A stretch of DNA of 64,000 nucleotides from Chloroflexota bacterium (GTDB taxonomy: Bacteria; Chloroflexota; UBA11872; VXOZ01), in contig OZ219802.1 in the NCBI GenBank assembly GCA_964291655.2, positions 352,001 to 416,000 of the forward strand, read 5' to 3'. The notes below the pieces were generated by a model. The model saw only the letters and a list, made by a program, of their open reading frames with translations. It made no database searches and had not been told where the DNA came from. This document shows, in pieces, positions 48,900 through 59,394 of the stretch. Position numbers and translations under genes: made by a program. Each line of letters opens with the position of its first letter. Within the stretch, counting starts at the first letter, position 1.

Positions 48900-50186
48900 T
48901 TAGGGGCTAACGACAGTGCCATCGTCGCGGCGCAGGGGCGCCCAACCACCGCCATATGGCATTTCCGGCAAGGGGAAACGCGCCGCCAACTCTTCGTCGA
49001 GCTCAACGCCGAGGCCAGGTCGTTCGCTCGACCACATTGCCCCGTTGCGAATCTCAGGCGTACCGGGAAACACGTCCTGTGCAGCCTGGTTGAACACGTG
49101 CTGCTCCTGAATGCCAAAGTTGTGGCAGGCAAAATCTAGATGCATGTTGGCTGCATGTCCCACAGGAGAAACATCTGCCGGGCCGTGCCATGCCGTGCGC
49201 ACGCCGTAGAATTCACAAAAAGCCGCCAGCTTGCGGGCCACCGAAATGCCGCCAATGTCGGAGATGTGGACCCTGATAAAGTCGATAAGCCGTTCTTGAA
49301 TCAGGGGCACATACTCGGCCTGATTGACAAAGAGTTCGCCCATGGCAATTGGGGTCGTGGTCTGCTGGCGCATGATGCGAAAGTAGCCGTTATCCTCCGG
49401 CGCCAGCGGGTCCTCCAGGAAGAATAGATTGAAGGGTTCTAGCGCCTTCGCCAGGCCAAGCGCCTGCACCGGCGGAATGCGCTCGTGCACGTCGTGGAGC
49501 AGTTCCACACTATCACCTAATTGGTCGCGCAGGTGCTCAAAGAGACGGGGCACCTTCCGCACGTACGGCGTTGGCTCCCAAGCACCCTCTAGAGCTCCAT
49601 GATCCACTCCGAGCACTTCGTCATCGGGTGTGCCGGCATGCCCATCTTGGCTGCCCGGTTCGCCTTGGGCCGAGCGCTGCCAACCGGTGGCGTTGCTGCC
49701 GGCGCTGTATCTCGCCAATCCCGGCTCCGACGTTGAACATTTCACATAGCGGTACCCCTGTTCCATAAGCCCGCGCACGGACTCTTCCACCGCGTGCACA
49801 TCGTCGCCGCCGGCGGCGGCATAGAGCGGGACATAGTCCCGGCATTTGCCGCCAAAGAGCTGGTACAGGGGCACGTTTGCGCACTTGCCCTTTATGTCCC
49901 ACAGCGCCGCATCCACTCCCGCCAGGGCGTTATTCAGCACCGGTCCGCTGCGCCAGTAGGAACTCACGTAGGCCGACTGCCAGATGTCCTCGATGGCGGA
50001 CGGGTCCTTGCCGACCAGGAAGGGGCGCAAGTAGTCGTTGACAGCAGTTACAACGGTCAGTGGGCGTTGCCTGAACGTGGCACAGCCCAAGCCGTGGAGA
50101 CCGGGCGTGCTCGTCTCGACTTTGACGACGACAAGCGCAAGGCCTGCCGGCGCGGTACAGATAGCGCGTACGTCTGTGATGCGCAT
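48900..50186 (-). CDS. Enolase-superfamily sugar-acid dehydratase (ManD/RspA-like)
   Basis: YWRSGPV, ALWDIKGK, LLHDVHER, FLEDP, AMGEL, WHGP.D.SP.G. Confidence 0.88.
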   Translation of the reverse strand: MRITDVRAICTAPAGLALVVVKVETSTPGLHGLGCATFRQRPLTVVTAVNDYLRPFLVGKDPSAIEDIWQSAYVSSYWRSGPVLNNALAGVDAALWDIKGKCANVPLYQLFGGKCRDYVPLYAAAGGDDVHAVEESVRGLMEQGYRYVKCSTSEPGLARYSAGSNATGWQRSAQGEPGSQDGHAGTPDDEVLGVDHGALEGAWEPTPYVRKVPRLFEHLRDQLGDSVELLHDVHERIPPVQALGLAKALEPFNLFFLEDPLAPEDNGYFRIMRQQTTTPIAMGELFVNQAEYVPLIQERLIDFIRVHISDIGGISVARKLAAFCEFYGVRTAWHGPADVSPVGHAANMHLDFACHNFGIQEQHVFNQAAQDVFPGTPEIRNGAMWSSERPGLGVELDEELAARFPLPEMPYGGGWAPLRRDDGTVVSP

Positions 50187-50255
50187 GAGTGAAACTCCTC
50201 AAGAGGGCGCGTCCCGAGTCTATGCCACGGTAAGCGGCCGTCGCTTGCCGCCACG

Positions 50256-51281
50256 TCAGGCATTCGGTGCAATTTGGGAGATACAGAGTATCCTGTCAAA
50301 CCCTGCCAGATCCTGGTAAACGTCTGCGCGAGCGTCCGGTAGGTGTTTTGCTGCCAGCGCGGTCAAGCGCTCTGCCATATCGAATCCTATTTCAAAGAGC
50401 GCGTGACCACCGGGCAGGAGATAGGTTGAAAGTTCAGGAAATAAGGCCCGATAGGCATCTAGGCCGTCCTCGCCGCCGGCAAGTGCAATGGTAGGCTCAT
50501 AGTCCCGCACGTCGCGGTCTAGGCCCGCTACCTCTTCTCGTGGGATGTAGGGCGGGTTGCAGATGATGACGTGGACAGATTCAGGCAATGCCTGTAGGTA
50601 ACTTCCCTGCAGCAAGACGAGCCTGTCCGAAACCCCGTGAGCAACTCCATTCCGCCGCGCCGATACCAGCGCTTCGGCAGAAATGTCTGTGGCGTAAACA
50701 GTGGCTCGCGGCAGCGCCTTGGCGATACTCACGGCAATCGCGCCGCTGCCCGTGCCAATGTCGGCGATGAGCGGGTGAGATATACCGTGGCAATACGGCG
50801 GACTGAGCAAATGGTAACTGTTGCTGCTATCGCAGTCGAACAGATCAAGCGCCTTCTCAACCAGCAGTTCCGTTTCCGGTCGAGGTATAAGGACGCGCCG
50901 GTCTACGGCGAAGTCCAGTCCCATAAACTCTTTCCTGCCAACGATATAGGCGACGGGTTCACCTTGCTGACGGCGCTGTACATGGCCGTGAAACGACGCC
51001 ACCTGCGCGGGCGAAAGCGATTGGACGTTTCCTCCGGCCAAGGCTACTTCAGTGCAGTCCAACACATGCCTAAGAAGCAAGCGCGCATCCCGGGCGTGGG
51101 AGTCAATGCCACGCCCTTTGAGCTGTTGTGAGGCCCAGTGGAGTACGTCCTGCAGGCAAGATGATTGGTGACCACTGCTCGCCGTCGCGACAGCGTTCAC
51201 ACTTGGGGAGCATGCCCGCGAAGAAGCAACGGCTGCTTCATTCCCGGATGTGGGAGCTCCTGTTGCTGAAGATACGAGCAC
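50256..51281 (-). CDS. prmC: Release factor glutamine methyltransferase PrmC/HemK
   Basis: GEPVAYI.G, VLIPRPETE, DIGTGSG, NPPY; true start probably downstream of 51281. Confidence 0.92.
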   Translation of the reverse strand: MLVSSATGAPTSGNEAAVASSRACSPSVNAVATASSGHQSSCLQDVLHWASQQLKGRGIDSHARDARLLLRHVLDCTEVALAGGNVQSLSPAQVASFHGHVQRRQQGEPVAYIVGRKEFMGLDFAVDRRVLIPRPETELLVEKALDLFDCDSSNSYHLLSPPYCHGISHPLIADIGTGSGAIAVSIAKALPRATVYATDISAEALVSARRNGVAHGVSDRLVLLQGSYLQALPESVHVIICNPPYIPREEVAGLDRDVRDYEPTIALAGGEDGLDAYRALFPELSTYLLPGGHALFEIGFDMAERLTALAAKHLPDARADVYQDLAGFDRILCISQIAPNA

Positions 51282-51298
51282 AGTGGCGCTCCAATGGC

Positions 51299-52369
51299 TT
51301 AGCTCTTCGAGCCGGCGGCAGCCAATCGCTCTGACTCGTACGTGGTTGTGAGAGCGTCCACGATGCCTTCTACGTTGCCGTCCATCAACTGGTCCAGGTT
51401 ATAGACGGTAAGGTTGATGCGATGATCGGTCACGCGGTTCTGTGGAAAGTTGTAGGTGCGGATCTTCTCGCTCCGCTCTCCCGTACCCACCAAGCTCCGA
51501 CGCATGGCCGACTCTTCCTCCCGCTGCTTGCGCTGCTCCAATTCAAGCAGGCGCGCCCGCAAGACTGCCAACGCACGCATCCGGTTCTGCTGCTGCGATC
51601 GTTCATCTTGGCATGTCACCACCAGACCGGTTGGGAGATGGGTAATGCGCACGGCTGAGTCGGTAGTGTTCACGCTCTGGCCGCCGTGACCGCTCGCGCG
51701 ATAGACGTCAATTGAGAGATCGTCCGGGCTGATGCTGACGTCGATATCCTGCGCTTCGGGCAATACGGCGACCGTGGCAGTGGAGGTATGGATGCGGCCG
51801 CTCGTCTCAGTCACGGGAACGCGCTGCACACGGTGCACACCGCCTTCAAATTTGAGCCGGCTATAGGCGCCTTGCCCTTTCACGAGAAAGATGATCTCTT
51901 TGAAACCGCCAATGCCCGTCGGACTGGATGACAAGAACTCCGTCTTCCAGCCCTGCTTTTCCGCAAAGAGGTTATACAGGCGAAAGAGGTCGGCAGCAAA
52001 GAGTCCCGCTTCATCGCCACCCGTGCCGGCGCGTATCTCCATGATGACATTGCGGTCGTCGTTTGGATCTTTCGGCACCAAGGCAGCCCGGGTACGCTCC
52101 ATGAGCGACTCTTTTTCCGTCTCAAGTTGCTGTATTTCGAGCCGCGCCATCTCTAGGAGCTCGTCGTCATCCTCTTCAGCCAACAACTCTTCAGCACCGC
52201 TGATTTCTCTATCCACCCGCCGGAGGTTGTTATAGAGGACAACTACCTTTTCCAAAGAGGCCTGTTCCTTGGCGAATGCAGTGATTTGAGGAATGTTGTT
52301 GCTATGCTCGACCATGAGCAGATTGAGTTCCTGGTAGCGCGCTTCAATTTCAGCCAGTTTTTCTAACAT
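51299..52369 (-). CDS. prfA: Peptide chain release factor 1
   Basis: [14 protein letters not shown] anticodon motif, [12 protein letters not shown]. Confidence 0.97.
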   Translation of the reverse strand: MLEKLAEIEARYQELNLLMVEHSNNIPQITAFAKEQASLEKVVVLYNNLRRVDREISGAEELLAEEDDDELLEMARLEIQQLETEKESLMERTRAALVPKDPNDDRNVIMEIRAGTGGDEAGLFAADLFRLYNLFAEKQGWKTEFLSSSPTGIGGFKEIIFLVKGQGAYSRLKFEGGVHRVQRVPVTETSGRIHTSTATVAVLPEAQDIDVSISPDDLSIDVYRASGHGGQSVNTTDSAVRITHLPTGLVVTCQDERSQQQNRMRALAVLRARLLELEQRKQREEESAMRRSLVGTGERSEKIRTYNFPQNRVTDHRINLTVYNLDQLMDGNVEGIVDALTTTYESERLAAAGSKS

Positions 52370-52385
52370 CGTTCATTACAATTCC

Positions 52386-53309
52386 TCACGCACTACTCGC
52401 TGCAGGCAAAGATTCATTTCGCGCCCGCTCATCTGCCGCCATTACAGCCTGCAAGGCGGCAATGGCAACGGCAACTTGATCGCCATCCGGCTCACGTGTT
52501 GTCAGAGACTGCATGAGCAGACCGGGCCACACGAGCACGCGCACAAGTAGCTGCTGAAAGTGAGCTGCCGAAAAGCGCAGCCATTCGTAAGAGACACCGA
52601 TGAGTACCGGGACCAGCAGAATACGGGAGAGCACCCGCAACCACAGTGGCGGATGCCCCAAGGACGCAAACAAGATCACACTCAATGCTACCACTACCAG
52701 TAGAAGGGCCGTGCCGCAGCGTGGATGGGCAGTGGAGCAGGTCTGCACGGATTCAGGCTTCAACTCAATGCCCTGTTCCTGCGCGTGGACTGCTTTGTGC
52801 TCGGCACCGTGGTACGCAAATACCCGCGCGATCTTCGGCGCACTTCCAATGAGCCATAGATAGCCAATGAACGTGAGAAGCCGTATCAGCCCCTCGATGA
52901 GATTGGTTCCTACGGCACTTCCAATCAAATCGTGCATAAAGCCGGCGACAATCATCGGCATGACGAAGAAGAGACTAATTCCTATCGCCAAGGAATTGAG
53001 CATAGGCACGCGCACTGAGGCGGCGGAAGGTAAACGCTCCGGTTCGTCCTCATCACGCTCGTCGGCCTCTGCCACCTGAGCAGAAAACGAAAGCGCCCGG
53101 GTGCCCAACGCCAAAGCATCCCACAGTAGGGCCATGCCTCGCACAAACGGAATCTTGCTTGTCCTTCCTCCGTAAAGTCGCTGGGGAAGGGCCTCGGCGC
53201 ACGTCACGATGTGCCCCTCAGGATGCCGAACGGCCACCGCCACGTGGCGATGACCGCGCATCATCACACCTTCCAAAACCGCTTGTCCGCCATAAAGGGA
53301 CCGTGCCAT
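52386..53309 (-). CDS. DUF1385 family protein
   Basis: GGQAVLEGVMMR, YHGAEHK, HPRCGT, LTTREP; lies between rpmE and prfA. Confidence 0.9.
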   Translation of the reverse strand: MARSLYGGQAVLEGVMMRGHRHVAVAVRHPEGHIVTCAEALPQRLYGGRTSKIPFVRGMALLWDALALGTRALSFSAQVAEADERDEDEPERLPSAASVRVPMLNSLAIGISLFFVMPMIVAGFMHDLIGSAVGTNLIEGLIRLLTFIGYLWLIGSAPKIARVFAYHGAEHKAVHAQEQGIELKPESVQTCSTAHPRCGTALLLVVVALSVILFASLGHPPLWLRVLSRILLVPVLIGVSYEWLRFSAAHFQQLLVRVLVWPGLLMQSLTTREPDGDQVAVAIAALQAVMAADERARNESLPAASSA

Positions 53310-53486
53310 GCTTCCCAAACCGGGTGGCGCTCATCCATCCAGCGCTACAACCAACCTCACTTGGCAGTTACTCCCGCCTTGAGTACACCCATCTCACCTT
53401 CTGCAAGGTCAAGACGATTAACAACACTTTGCAACGTCAGCACAGGAGCGAGACTTTGGATTGTGCGTGCAGGGAAACGGCCAACG

Positions 53487-53705
53487 CTACTTCTGTAGCC
53501 GCTTCGAACGTCTCATCCTCTGCATGAAGCGGTCAACTTGACCCTCTGTATCTACCAGTTTCTGCTGGCCGGTGTAAAAGGGGTGACACTTCGAACAGAG
53601 GTCGACGCGCAGCGACTCCGCAGTTGATCCGGTTGTAAACGTGTTGCCGCAACTGCAAACGATTGATGCTTGCTCGTGATAGGTTGGATGAATATCAGCT
53701 TTCAT
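53487..53705 (-). CDS. rpmE: 50S ribosomal protein L31 (Zn-binding type)
   Basis: [22 protein letters not shown]. Confidence 0.96.
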   Translation of the reverse strand: MKADIHPTYHEQASIVCSCGNTFTTGSTAESLRVDLCSKCHPFYTGQQKLVDTEGQVDRFMQRMRRSKRLQK

Positions 53706-53977
53706 TTTCTCTTCCTCTTCAACAGCTTGTTCTCTCAATATAGGAAGCGAATTCTCTCGCCATGCACTTGAATCGCGTGCTTCCTATTCCCTGGTCAAGG
53801 GCAGGCAGCGGCGAGGATCATATGTGCTAACAGTATACCCCATGCTTGTCATATGGTACAGTAAATGCGCCGTTCACCAGCCCGTGTTTCGCGCCAGGGA
53901 CAGCGGGAGTAGACACAGCGAGACCCACTATCCGCGGGCTACTTCCACCCTCGAGAGTTCGCACTGTCAGGCAGGTT

Positions 53978-54928
53978 ATGATGCCGCAATTGGAAGTGAA
54001 CATTGCGCCGCGCCACCCGACAGGACTCATACTCAAGAATCCCGTGATTACGGCCTCCGGCACGTTTGGCTACGGCACGGAATACGCGCCCATCTACGAC
54101 GTGAACCGCCTCGGCGCCATTTCTGCTAAAGCTGTCACGCTAAAGCCGCGTAGCGGCAATTCTATGCCCCGTATCGTAGAGGTGCCGGGCGGCATGCTGA
54201 ATGCCATCGGCTTGCAGAATATCGGCGTTGAGGCATTGATCCGCGAAAAGGCGCCGCTCTGGGAGAAATGGGATGTGCCGGTAATTGCCAATGTGGCGGG
54301 AGCCTCATTGGAAGAGTACGTTACCATCGCCGAAATGTTGGACGGCGTGCCGGGAATCGCCGCACTCGAACTCAATATATCGTGCCCGAACGTTGCCCAC
54401 GGTCTCGACTTCGGCACCGAGCCGGCCATGGCCGGCGCGCTTACGCAAGCCGTCAGCGAGCGCTCTTCCCTGCCCTTGATCGTCAAACTAACGCCGAATA
54501 TTACGGACATACGGCCGGTTGCCGCCGCCGTAGCCGATGCCGGAGCGCATGCTTTGGCAATCATGAATACCGTAACCGGACTTGCCATTGACGTAGAGCA
54601 GAAGCGTCCCGCGCTGGCTACGACAACCGGTGGTCTATCCGGCCCGGCGGTGCGCAGCATTGCACTCTGCCTCGTCTACGCCGTCGCGCCTCTGGTAGAC
54701 ATACCAATCATTGGAATTGGCGGTATCGGTACCACCGATGATGCCCTCATGTTCCTCATGGCGGGAGCGACAGCCGTTCAGGTAGGCACGGCAAACTTCT
54801 ATAACCATCGTGCGCCCTTGGATATCATTGCAGGACTTAGAGACTACGGCGCGAGAGAAGGGTTGGCGAGCATACAGGACATCATTGGAGCGGCGCTACC
54901 TCAGCGCGCCGGGATTCCGGCTACCTAA
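53978..54928 (+). CDS. pyrD: Dihydroorotate dehydrogenase (family 1)
   Basis: ASGTFG, NAIGLQN.G, ELNISCPN, KLTPN, GGLSGP, IGIGGI. Confidence 0.93.
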   Translation: MMPQLEVNIAPRHPTGLILKNPVITASGTFGYGTEYAPIYDVNRLGAISAKAVTLKPRSGNSMPRIVEVPGGMLNAIGLQNIGVEALIREKAPLWEKWDVPVIANVAGASLEEYVTIAEMLDGVPGIAALELNISCPNVAHGLDFGTEPAMAGALTQAVSERSSLPLIVKLTPNITDIRPVAAAVADAGAHALAIMNTVTGLAIDVEQKRPALATTTGGLSGPAVRSIALCLVYAVAPLVDIPIIGIGGIGTTDDALMFLMAGATAVQVGTANFYNHRAPLDIIAGLRDYGAREGLASIQDIIGAALPQRAGIPAT

Positions 54929-54949
54929 GATGCCCTGTGCGGCCGGCCG

Positions 54950-55741
54950 CTACATGATGGAGCGAACGAGCCCGCCGTCTACCTGAAGAGTAGCCCCAGT
55001 TATGTAGCTTGCCCGCGGGGAAGCCAGAAAGACCGCCAGATCCGCCAGCTCCACCGGTTTACCCAGACGACTCAGGGGAATCTTGGCCTCATACTCTTGC
55101 ATGATGCTTTCTTCGGACTGGCCGGTCGCCTTCACCTGGGCGGCCACATTGTCCTTGATCCGGTCTGTATAGATGCTGCCGGGGCAGATGTTGTTTACAA
55201 GAATGCCGTCAGCCGCCAGTTCATTCGCTAGAGACTTGGCTAAGCCAATGACGGCAGGACGAATTGAATTTGAAAGCAAAAGATTTTCCAGGGGTTGTTT
55301 TACCGAGGTTGAGGTGACATTGATGATCCTCCCACCATCGGTTTTTCGCATATGAGGCAGCACTGCCCGTACAAAGCGTACGACGCTCATGAATGTAAGA
55401 TTGAATGCGTTTTCCCAGTCCTCGTCTTCGAAGTCTGCAAATGTACCCACCGGCGGACCGCCGGCATTATTCACCAGAATGTCGATCTTGCCCTGCCGCT
55501 GCACGATAGTATTAACGAAATTCTCAATTGCATCGGGTTTCATGACGTCTACGGGAACGGCCAGCACCTCAAATTCGGCTACGGCTTGAATTTCCTGGGC
55601 CGCCTGCGAAAGGTTGTCCGGACTGCGTGAACAGATTGCAACCCGCGCCCCTTCCTTGGCCAAGCCCAGGGCGATTGCCTTGCCAAGACCCTTGCTTCCC
55701 GCGGACACGATAGCTGTTTTGCCGCTTAACTCAAGATCCAT
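54950..55741 (-). CDS. SDR family oxidoreductase
   Basis: GSKGLG, NNAGGPP, LSNSIR, YITG..L.VDGG. Confidence 0.9.
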   Translation of the reverse strand: MDLELSGKTAIVSAGSKGLGKAIALGLAKEGARVAICSRSPDNLSQAAQEIQAVAEFEVLAVPVDVMKPDAIENFVNTIVQRQGKIDILVNNAGGPPVGTFADFEDEDWENAFNLTFMSVVRFVRAVLPHMRKTDGGRIINVTSTSVKQPLENLLLSNSIRPAVIGLAKSLANELAADGILVNNICPGSIYTDRIKDNVAAQVKATGQSEESIMQEYEAKIPLSRLGKPVELADLAVFLASPRASYITGATLQVDGGLVRSIM

Positions 55742-55957
55742 GTGCCGTCTCCTTAATCTATGGCTGCAAGTGAGCACATGAGGCCACGCGCTCGTTAAGA
55801 CCTTTCAATACAATTTACTCTGAAGGGAACGATCTGCAAGTCCATCTCGACGATGAGATGATCGCCGCCTTTCTCATGTGCCTTCTCGCCGACTTTTCGT
55901 CACACTGACCCTTCGTCAATCCAAGTCGAGAACTGCCGGAGCGAGCTTGACAGGGCG

Positions 55958-57145
55958 CTAAACTGCGGTTTCCACGTGTTCAGCAAAGGGAATACGCAAG
56001 GTTTGGTCCTCCAGCCGTGCCGTGCCTGGAGAGAGCCGGGCAAGGACCGTTGGAAGCACAATGTTGCGGCGATACACGCCTATGCGCACTGTGAGTTCAT
56101 CTCCCCTCTTCACCACGTCAATGTTCCCTTTCTGACCAAAGGGTAAATCAATGTCCAAGACATAGCCCCCGTCTTCCCGCTGTACGGTATGGCTTTGTCC
56201 GTCATAATAGAGCTTCAGCGGGTCATCTTCCGCAAAGAGCACGGATGCCGTCTGCTTCAACATCTCAAGTCCCACGGCCTCTTGAGCAAAGAGGGGCACC
56301 CGCCGTGTCGGCAGCGGTGAGAAAGCCTCATGGATGAACTGCAAGTGCTTCTTCTGGGCCTCATGCCACGCCGTGAAGTAGGAATCCTGCACGCTATCCG
56401 GCAGCACCCGGTTGCAGATGACGAGGTCAGTGCCGTAGCCGTAAAGAGTCAGGTAGGTAAGCGTCCGCTGCGCCTCGCGGATTACCATACGCTCCGGATT
56501 CAATACCAAGCGCACCGAAGCACGTTGCCGGTCGGCCAAGAGGTCGCGCAGCCTTCCCAACTGCCGCACCAGGTCTTCAGCCTGATTGAAGACCTCACTG
56601 CCTGGCGTGGGGACCCCCAAAACCGATTCAAGGACTGGATTCACTACCCGTGCCACACGCCTTTTGAGGGGCAGAATGCGCTCCAGCCACCAGCGGGCAT
56701 CCTCCGGAAAAGCCAGCAGTCGCAGTGTCTCAGCGGTAGGCGCGCAGTCAACCACCACGGCGTCGAACTCATTTGACTCATGGTGCATATTCACCCAGAG
56801 CAGGCTCGACAACTCCTCCATGCCGGGCAGAATTGCCATTTCCTCGGCGAGCGTCTCATCTATGCCGCGCCATGCCAAGAGTGCGCTCAGCCATGCCTGT
56901 ACCGTGCCCCAGTGTTTGCGCAAGTTGTAGTAGACATCAGTCTCCTGCGCCCATAGATTTGGTGCAATATTCTTGGGTTCCGGCCCCAGCTCGATGTCGA
57001 GAGAATCACCCAGGCTGTGCGCAGAATCCGTGCTGAGGACAACCGTGCGGTAGCCGAGCTCTGCGCACCGCAACGCGGTGGCGGCAGCACACGTGGTTTT
57101 GCCTACCCCTCCTTTGCCGGTATAGAGTAAGACGCGCTCTGCCAC
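55958..57145 (-). CDS. ArsA/GET3 family ATPase with C-terminal HSP20-like domain
   Basis: GKGGVGKTT, STDSAHSL, DCAPTA.TLRLL, C-terminal beta-sandwich-like segment. Confidence 0.9.
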   Translation of the reverse strand: MAERVLLYTGKGGVGKTTCAAATALRCAELGYRTVVLSTDSAHSLGDSLDIELGPEPKNIAPNLWAQETDVYYNLRKHWGTVQAWLSALLAWRGIDETLAEEMAILPGMEELSSLLWVNMHHESNEFDAVVVDCAPTAETLRLLAFPEDARWWLERILPLKRRVARVVNPVLESVLGVPTPGSEVFNQAEDLVRQLGRLRDLLADRQRASVRLVLNPERMVIREAQRTLTYLTLYGYGTDLVICNRVLPDSVQDSYFTAWHEAQKKHLQFIHEAFSPLPTRRVPLFAQEAVGLEMLKQTASVLFAEDDPLKLYYDGQSHTVQREDGGYVLDIDLPFGQKGNIDVVKRGDELTVRIGVYRRNIVLPTVLARLSPGTARLEDQTLRIPFAEHVETAV

Positions 57146-57477
57146 CTCTGGCTCCTCGAATAGTCTTTAATCTTCATATGCATTTGCCTCACTCCATGGT
57201 AGCACCTTTAAATTAGTGCCATGTAAATACTTGCCGTGTAAGTGCGTATTGACTTTTGTTCTTAGGGGCGTCACGACCATTTGCTCGACTGAGAAGTTGA
57301 GTAGACTATTCACCCTCTTCAAACGGTAGTGTAACTCGAGAGACCACACGGCATTTGGTGATTTGGACGAGGCCACGCCGTCGTCCCGTATCGCGTATGG
57401 GACAGGCTCCGGCACTCCCTCTCGGAGACCTTTGCATAATCCCACTTTCAAGCAGGGGCACTCCCTCTCCTGGGGGA

Positions 57478-57765
57478 TGTACAGACCGGGGACATAGGTA
57501 ACAGTTGTTCGGGGACATGGGTTACACATTTTACTGATTGACACCTACGAGAGCATTGGGTTGGTCCGGGTTTGATAAGAGACTGGCGACACAGTGCACT
57601 CACTTTCAGCCTGTCAGCTTGTGCCAGAGAAACAAACTGTGTGCATAAGGATATTGAGCGGATCTAACTTTCAAGGCAAGGACATCGCATACTACGAAAA
57701 TCCCCTCGTTCTATGGTGTAACCTATGTGCCCGAACATGTGTAACCCATGTACCCGGTCTATACA
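57478..57765. mobile_element. 288-bp MITE with IS481-like TGT...ACA ends and 5-bp TSD GGGGA
   Basis: TGTACAGACCGGGGACATAGGTAACA vs reverse complement of the right end TGTATAGACCGGGTACATGGGTTACA (22/26); doubled sub-repeats at each end; GGGGA at 57473-57477 and 57766-57770. Confidence 0.85.
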
Positions 57766-57878
57766 GGGGAGAGGGTTGGGGTGAGGGGGTCCTTATGCTT
57801 CTATTGCCCTTTACTTTAGGCAGTGTCAAGACGTATCAGGGCAGAATCGGTGTGCATATGGAGAGATTTCAGGAGATT

Positions 57879-57916
57879 CACCCTCACCCTAGCCCTCTCC
57901 CGTCGAGGGAGAGGGG
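57879..57916. repeat. REP-like palindrome CACCCTCACCCTAGCCCTCTCCCGTCGAGGGAGAGGGG
   Basis: Inverted partner of the interrupted copy at 57463-57789. Confidence 0.8.
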
Positions 57917-58162
57917 ACATCCGCGCTGTGGCGAGGGTTATGCAAAGGTCTCCTCTCGGTGGCAAAACGACTCAGCGCCACTAACAAGGGATGTGCGAAT
58001 GTCTCCCAGGAAAGACAAGAAGGAGATTGAGTGCCGTTACACTCAATCTCCTTTCAGCGAATCGCGCCATAGCTTCTCGGTGACGCTAGACCATGCGGCA
58101 GTTCCCTTAGTAATCCAGCCGGAAGCGGCAGAAGGAACAGGGACGATCTTAGCCCCAGCAGT

Positions 58163-59074
58163 CTATGATGCTGTTTCCAGCCTTGTTGCCGCGCCGCCAT
58201 TCTGACTGGACCGATACGCAGCTTCGATGAACGAAATTATCTCAATGGTCTCTTCGATTGCCAGCGGCGGAGTGCCGCTTTCGAGCATTTTCATGATCTC
58301 CCGCAAGAGATTCCGGTAGTTGTTGCTGGCGTCGATACTGGTGGTAACGGTCTGCTTCTCAGAATATACCGTCAACCCATAGCCTGCGCTCCCACTCCGG
58401 ATTGCACGCACAGTACCCAAGCGGCCGCCATCCCAACGCCCCGTCACATGATCCGCGCCGTCGGTGCGAGCGGCCCACACCTCTTGGCAACCGGGTCCCA
58501 TCAGAGAATAGAGCACCTCAACGCCGTGAATGCCGTAATTGAGCAGTCCCGGATTTGCGTAGTGTTCGGAGCCCGGACTATGCACAAATGCCCCCACCGC
58601 GCCGCCCTCATCTGCCAGCGATGCTTGGACTTCCATCACTGTCTCCGTATAACGAAGTGAGGAGGCGGAAAAGATGGGCACACCGTGCTGTGACGCCAAA
58701 TCGGCAATGGCGCGCGCCTGCGCCGTGGTAGCAGCATAGGGCTTGTCGATGAAGAGCGGCAGGCCGGCCTCCAGGAAGGGCTTGGCATGTCCAAGATGAA
58801 CGCCGCCCTCATTTGATTCGATAAACACAGCGTCAACGGCACCGATCATTTCATTTGGACTATCAACAATCTGCACGCCCATTTCTCTGAGCTCTTCCGT
58901 GTATCCAGGGACTCGCTCAGGCGAAACCCGCGACTCTCCCGGGTACCCCATGACGACGTTTCCGCCGTCCACCCATTGATCCTCATCAATGTCAATGTGG
59001 TTGAGCCGCTTCGTGAACTGCACCACGTGGGACGTATCGAAATCCACAATGCCGATCTTACGCATGTTCTCCAC
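58163..59074 (-). CDS. Gfo/Idh/MocA family oxidoreductase
   Basis: IGIVDFDTSH, FIDKP, SSLRY, YGIHGVE. Confidence 0.85.
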   Translation of the reverse strand: MENMRKIGIVDFDTSHVVQFTKRLNHIDIDEDQWVDGGNVVMGYPGESRVSPERVPGYTEELREMGVQIVDSPNEMIGAVDAVFIESNEGGVHLGHAKPFLEAGLPLFIDKPYAATTAQARAIADLASQHGVPIFSASSLRYTETVMEVQASLADEGGAVGAFVHSPGSEHYANPGLLNYGIHGVEVLYSLMGPGCQEVWAARTDGADHVTGRWDGGRLGTVRAIRSGSAGYGLTVYSEKQTVTTSIDASNNYRNLLREIMKMLESGTPPLAIEETIEIISFIEAAYRSSQNGGAATRLETAS

Positions 59075-59394
59075 TTACCTCTCCAATGCAAACAAAACGA
59101 ACATCTTACACAAGCCACGAACTCTTCGAGCCCAGTTAACTCGATAAGCGATTCAAAGTCCGGGAGTTGTGCATCGTGTCAAGTATAGCCGAAGTACGAT
59201 GCGCCTTCTAGCAACAGCGCGAATCAGGAGCGCTAGTTGCTTTCATAGCGTAGGGAGCGACCTTGGCAATACAATACCGAGCAGCCGGGACTTGCGTTCA
59301 CTATGCTACTATGCACCTGACAAGATGACTGCAAGAACCTCAATTACCTGCGTGGAAACGCCGACCCTTGTATCTGAGTAGCGGGGAAGATCCA

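Larger units (their letters stand above)
57425..57952. mobile_element. Non-autonomous MITE with 15-bp perfect terminal IR (GAGACCTTTGCATAA) and 6-bp TSD CTCTCG
   Basis: IR at 57425-57439 and 57938-57952; CTCTCG at 57419-57424 and 57953-57958. Confidence 0.8.

Noticed and set aside
57195-57224. CIRCE-like inverted repeat upstream of the ArsA gene
   Set aside because: The GCAC-GTGC spacing is 10 nt rather than 13 and the arms are degenerate.
57167-58205. ORFs 57167-57544 (-) and 57594-58205 (+)
   Set aside because: They read through MITE ends and REP-like palindromes (PHPSPLP, GEGWGEG) and show no transposase motifs, so they are likely spurious.
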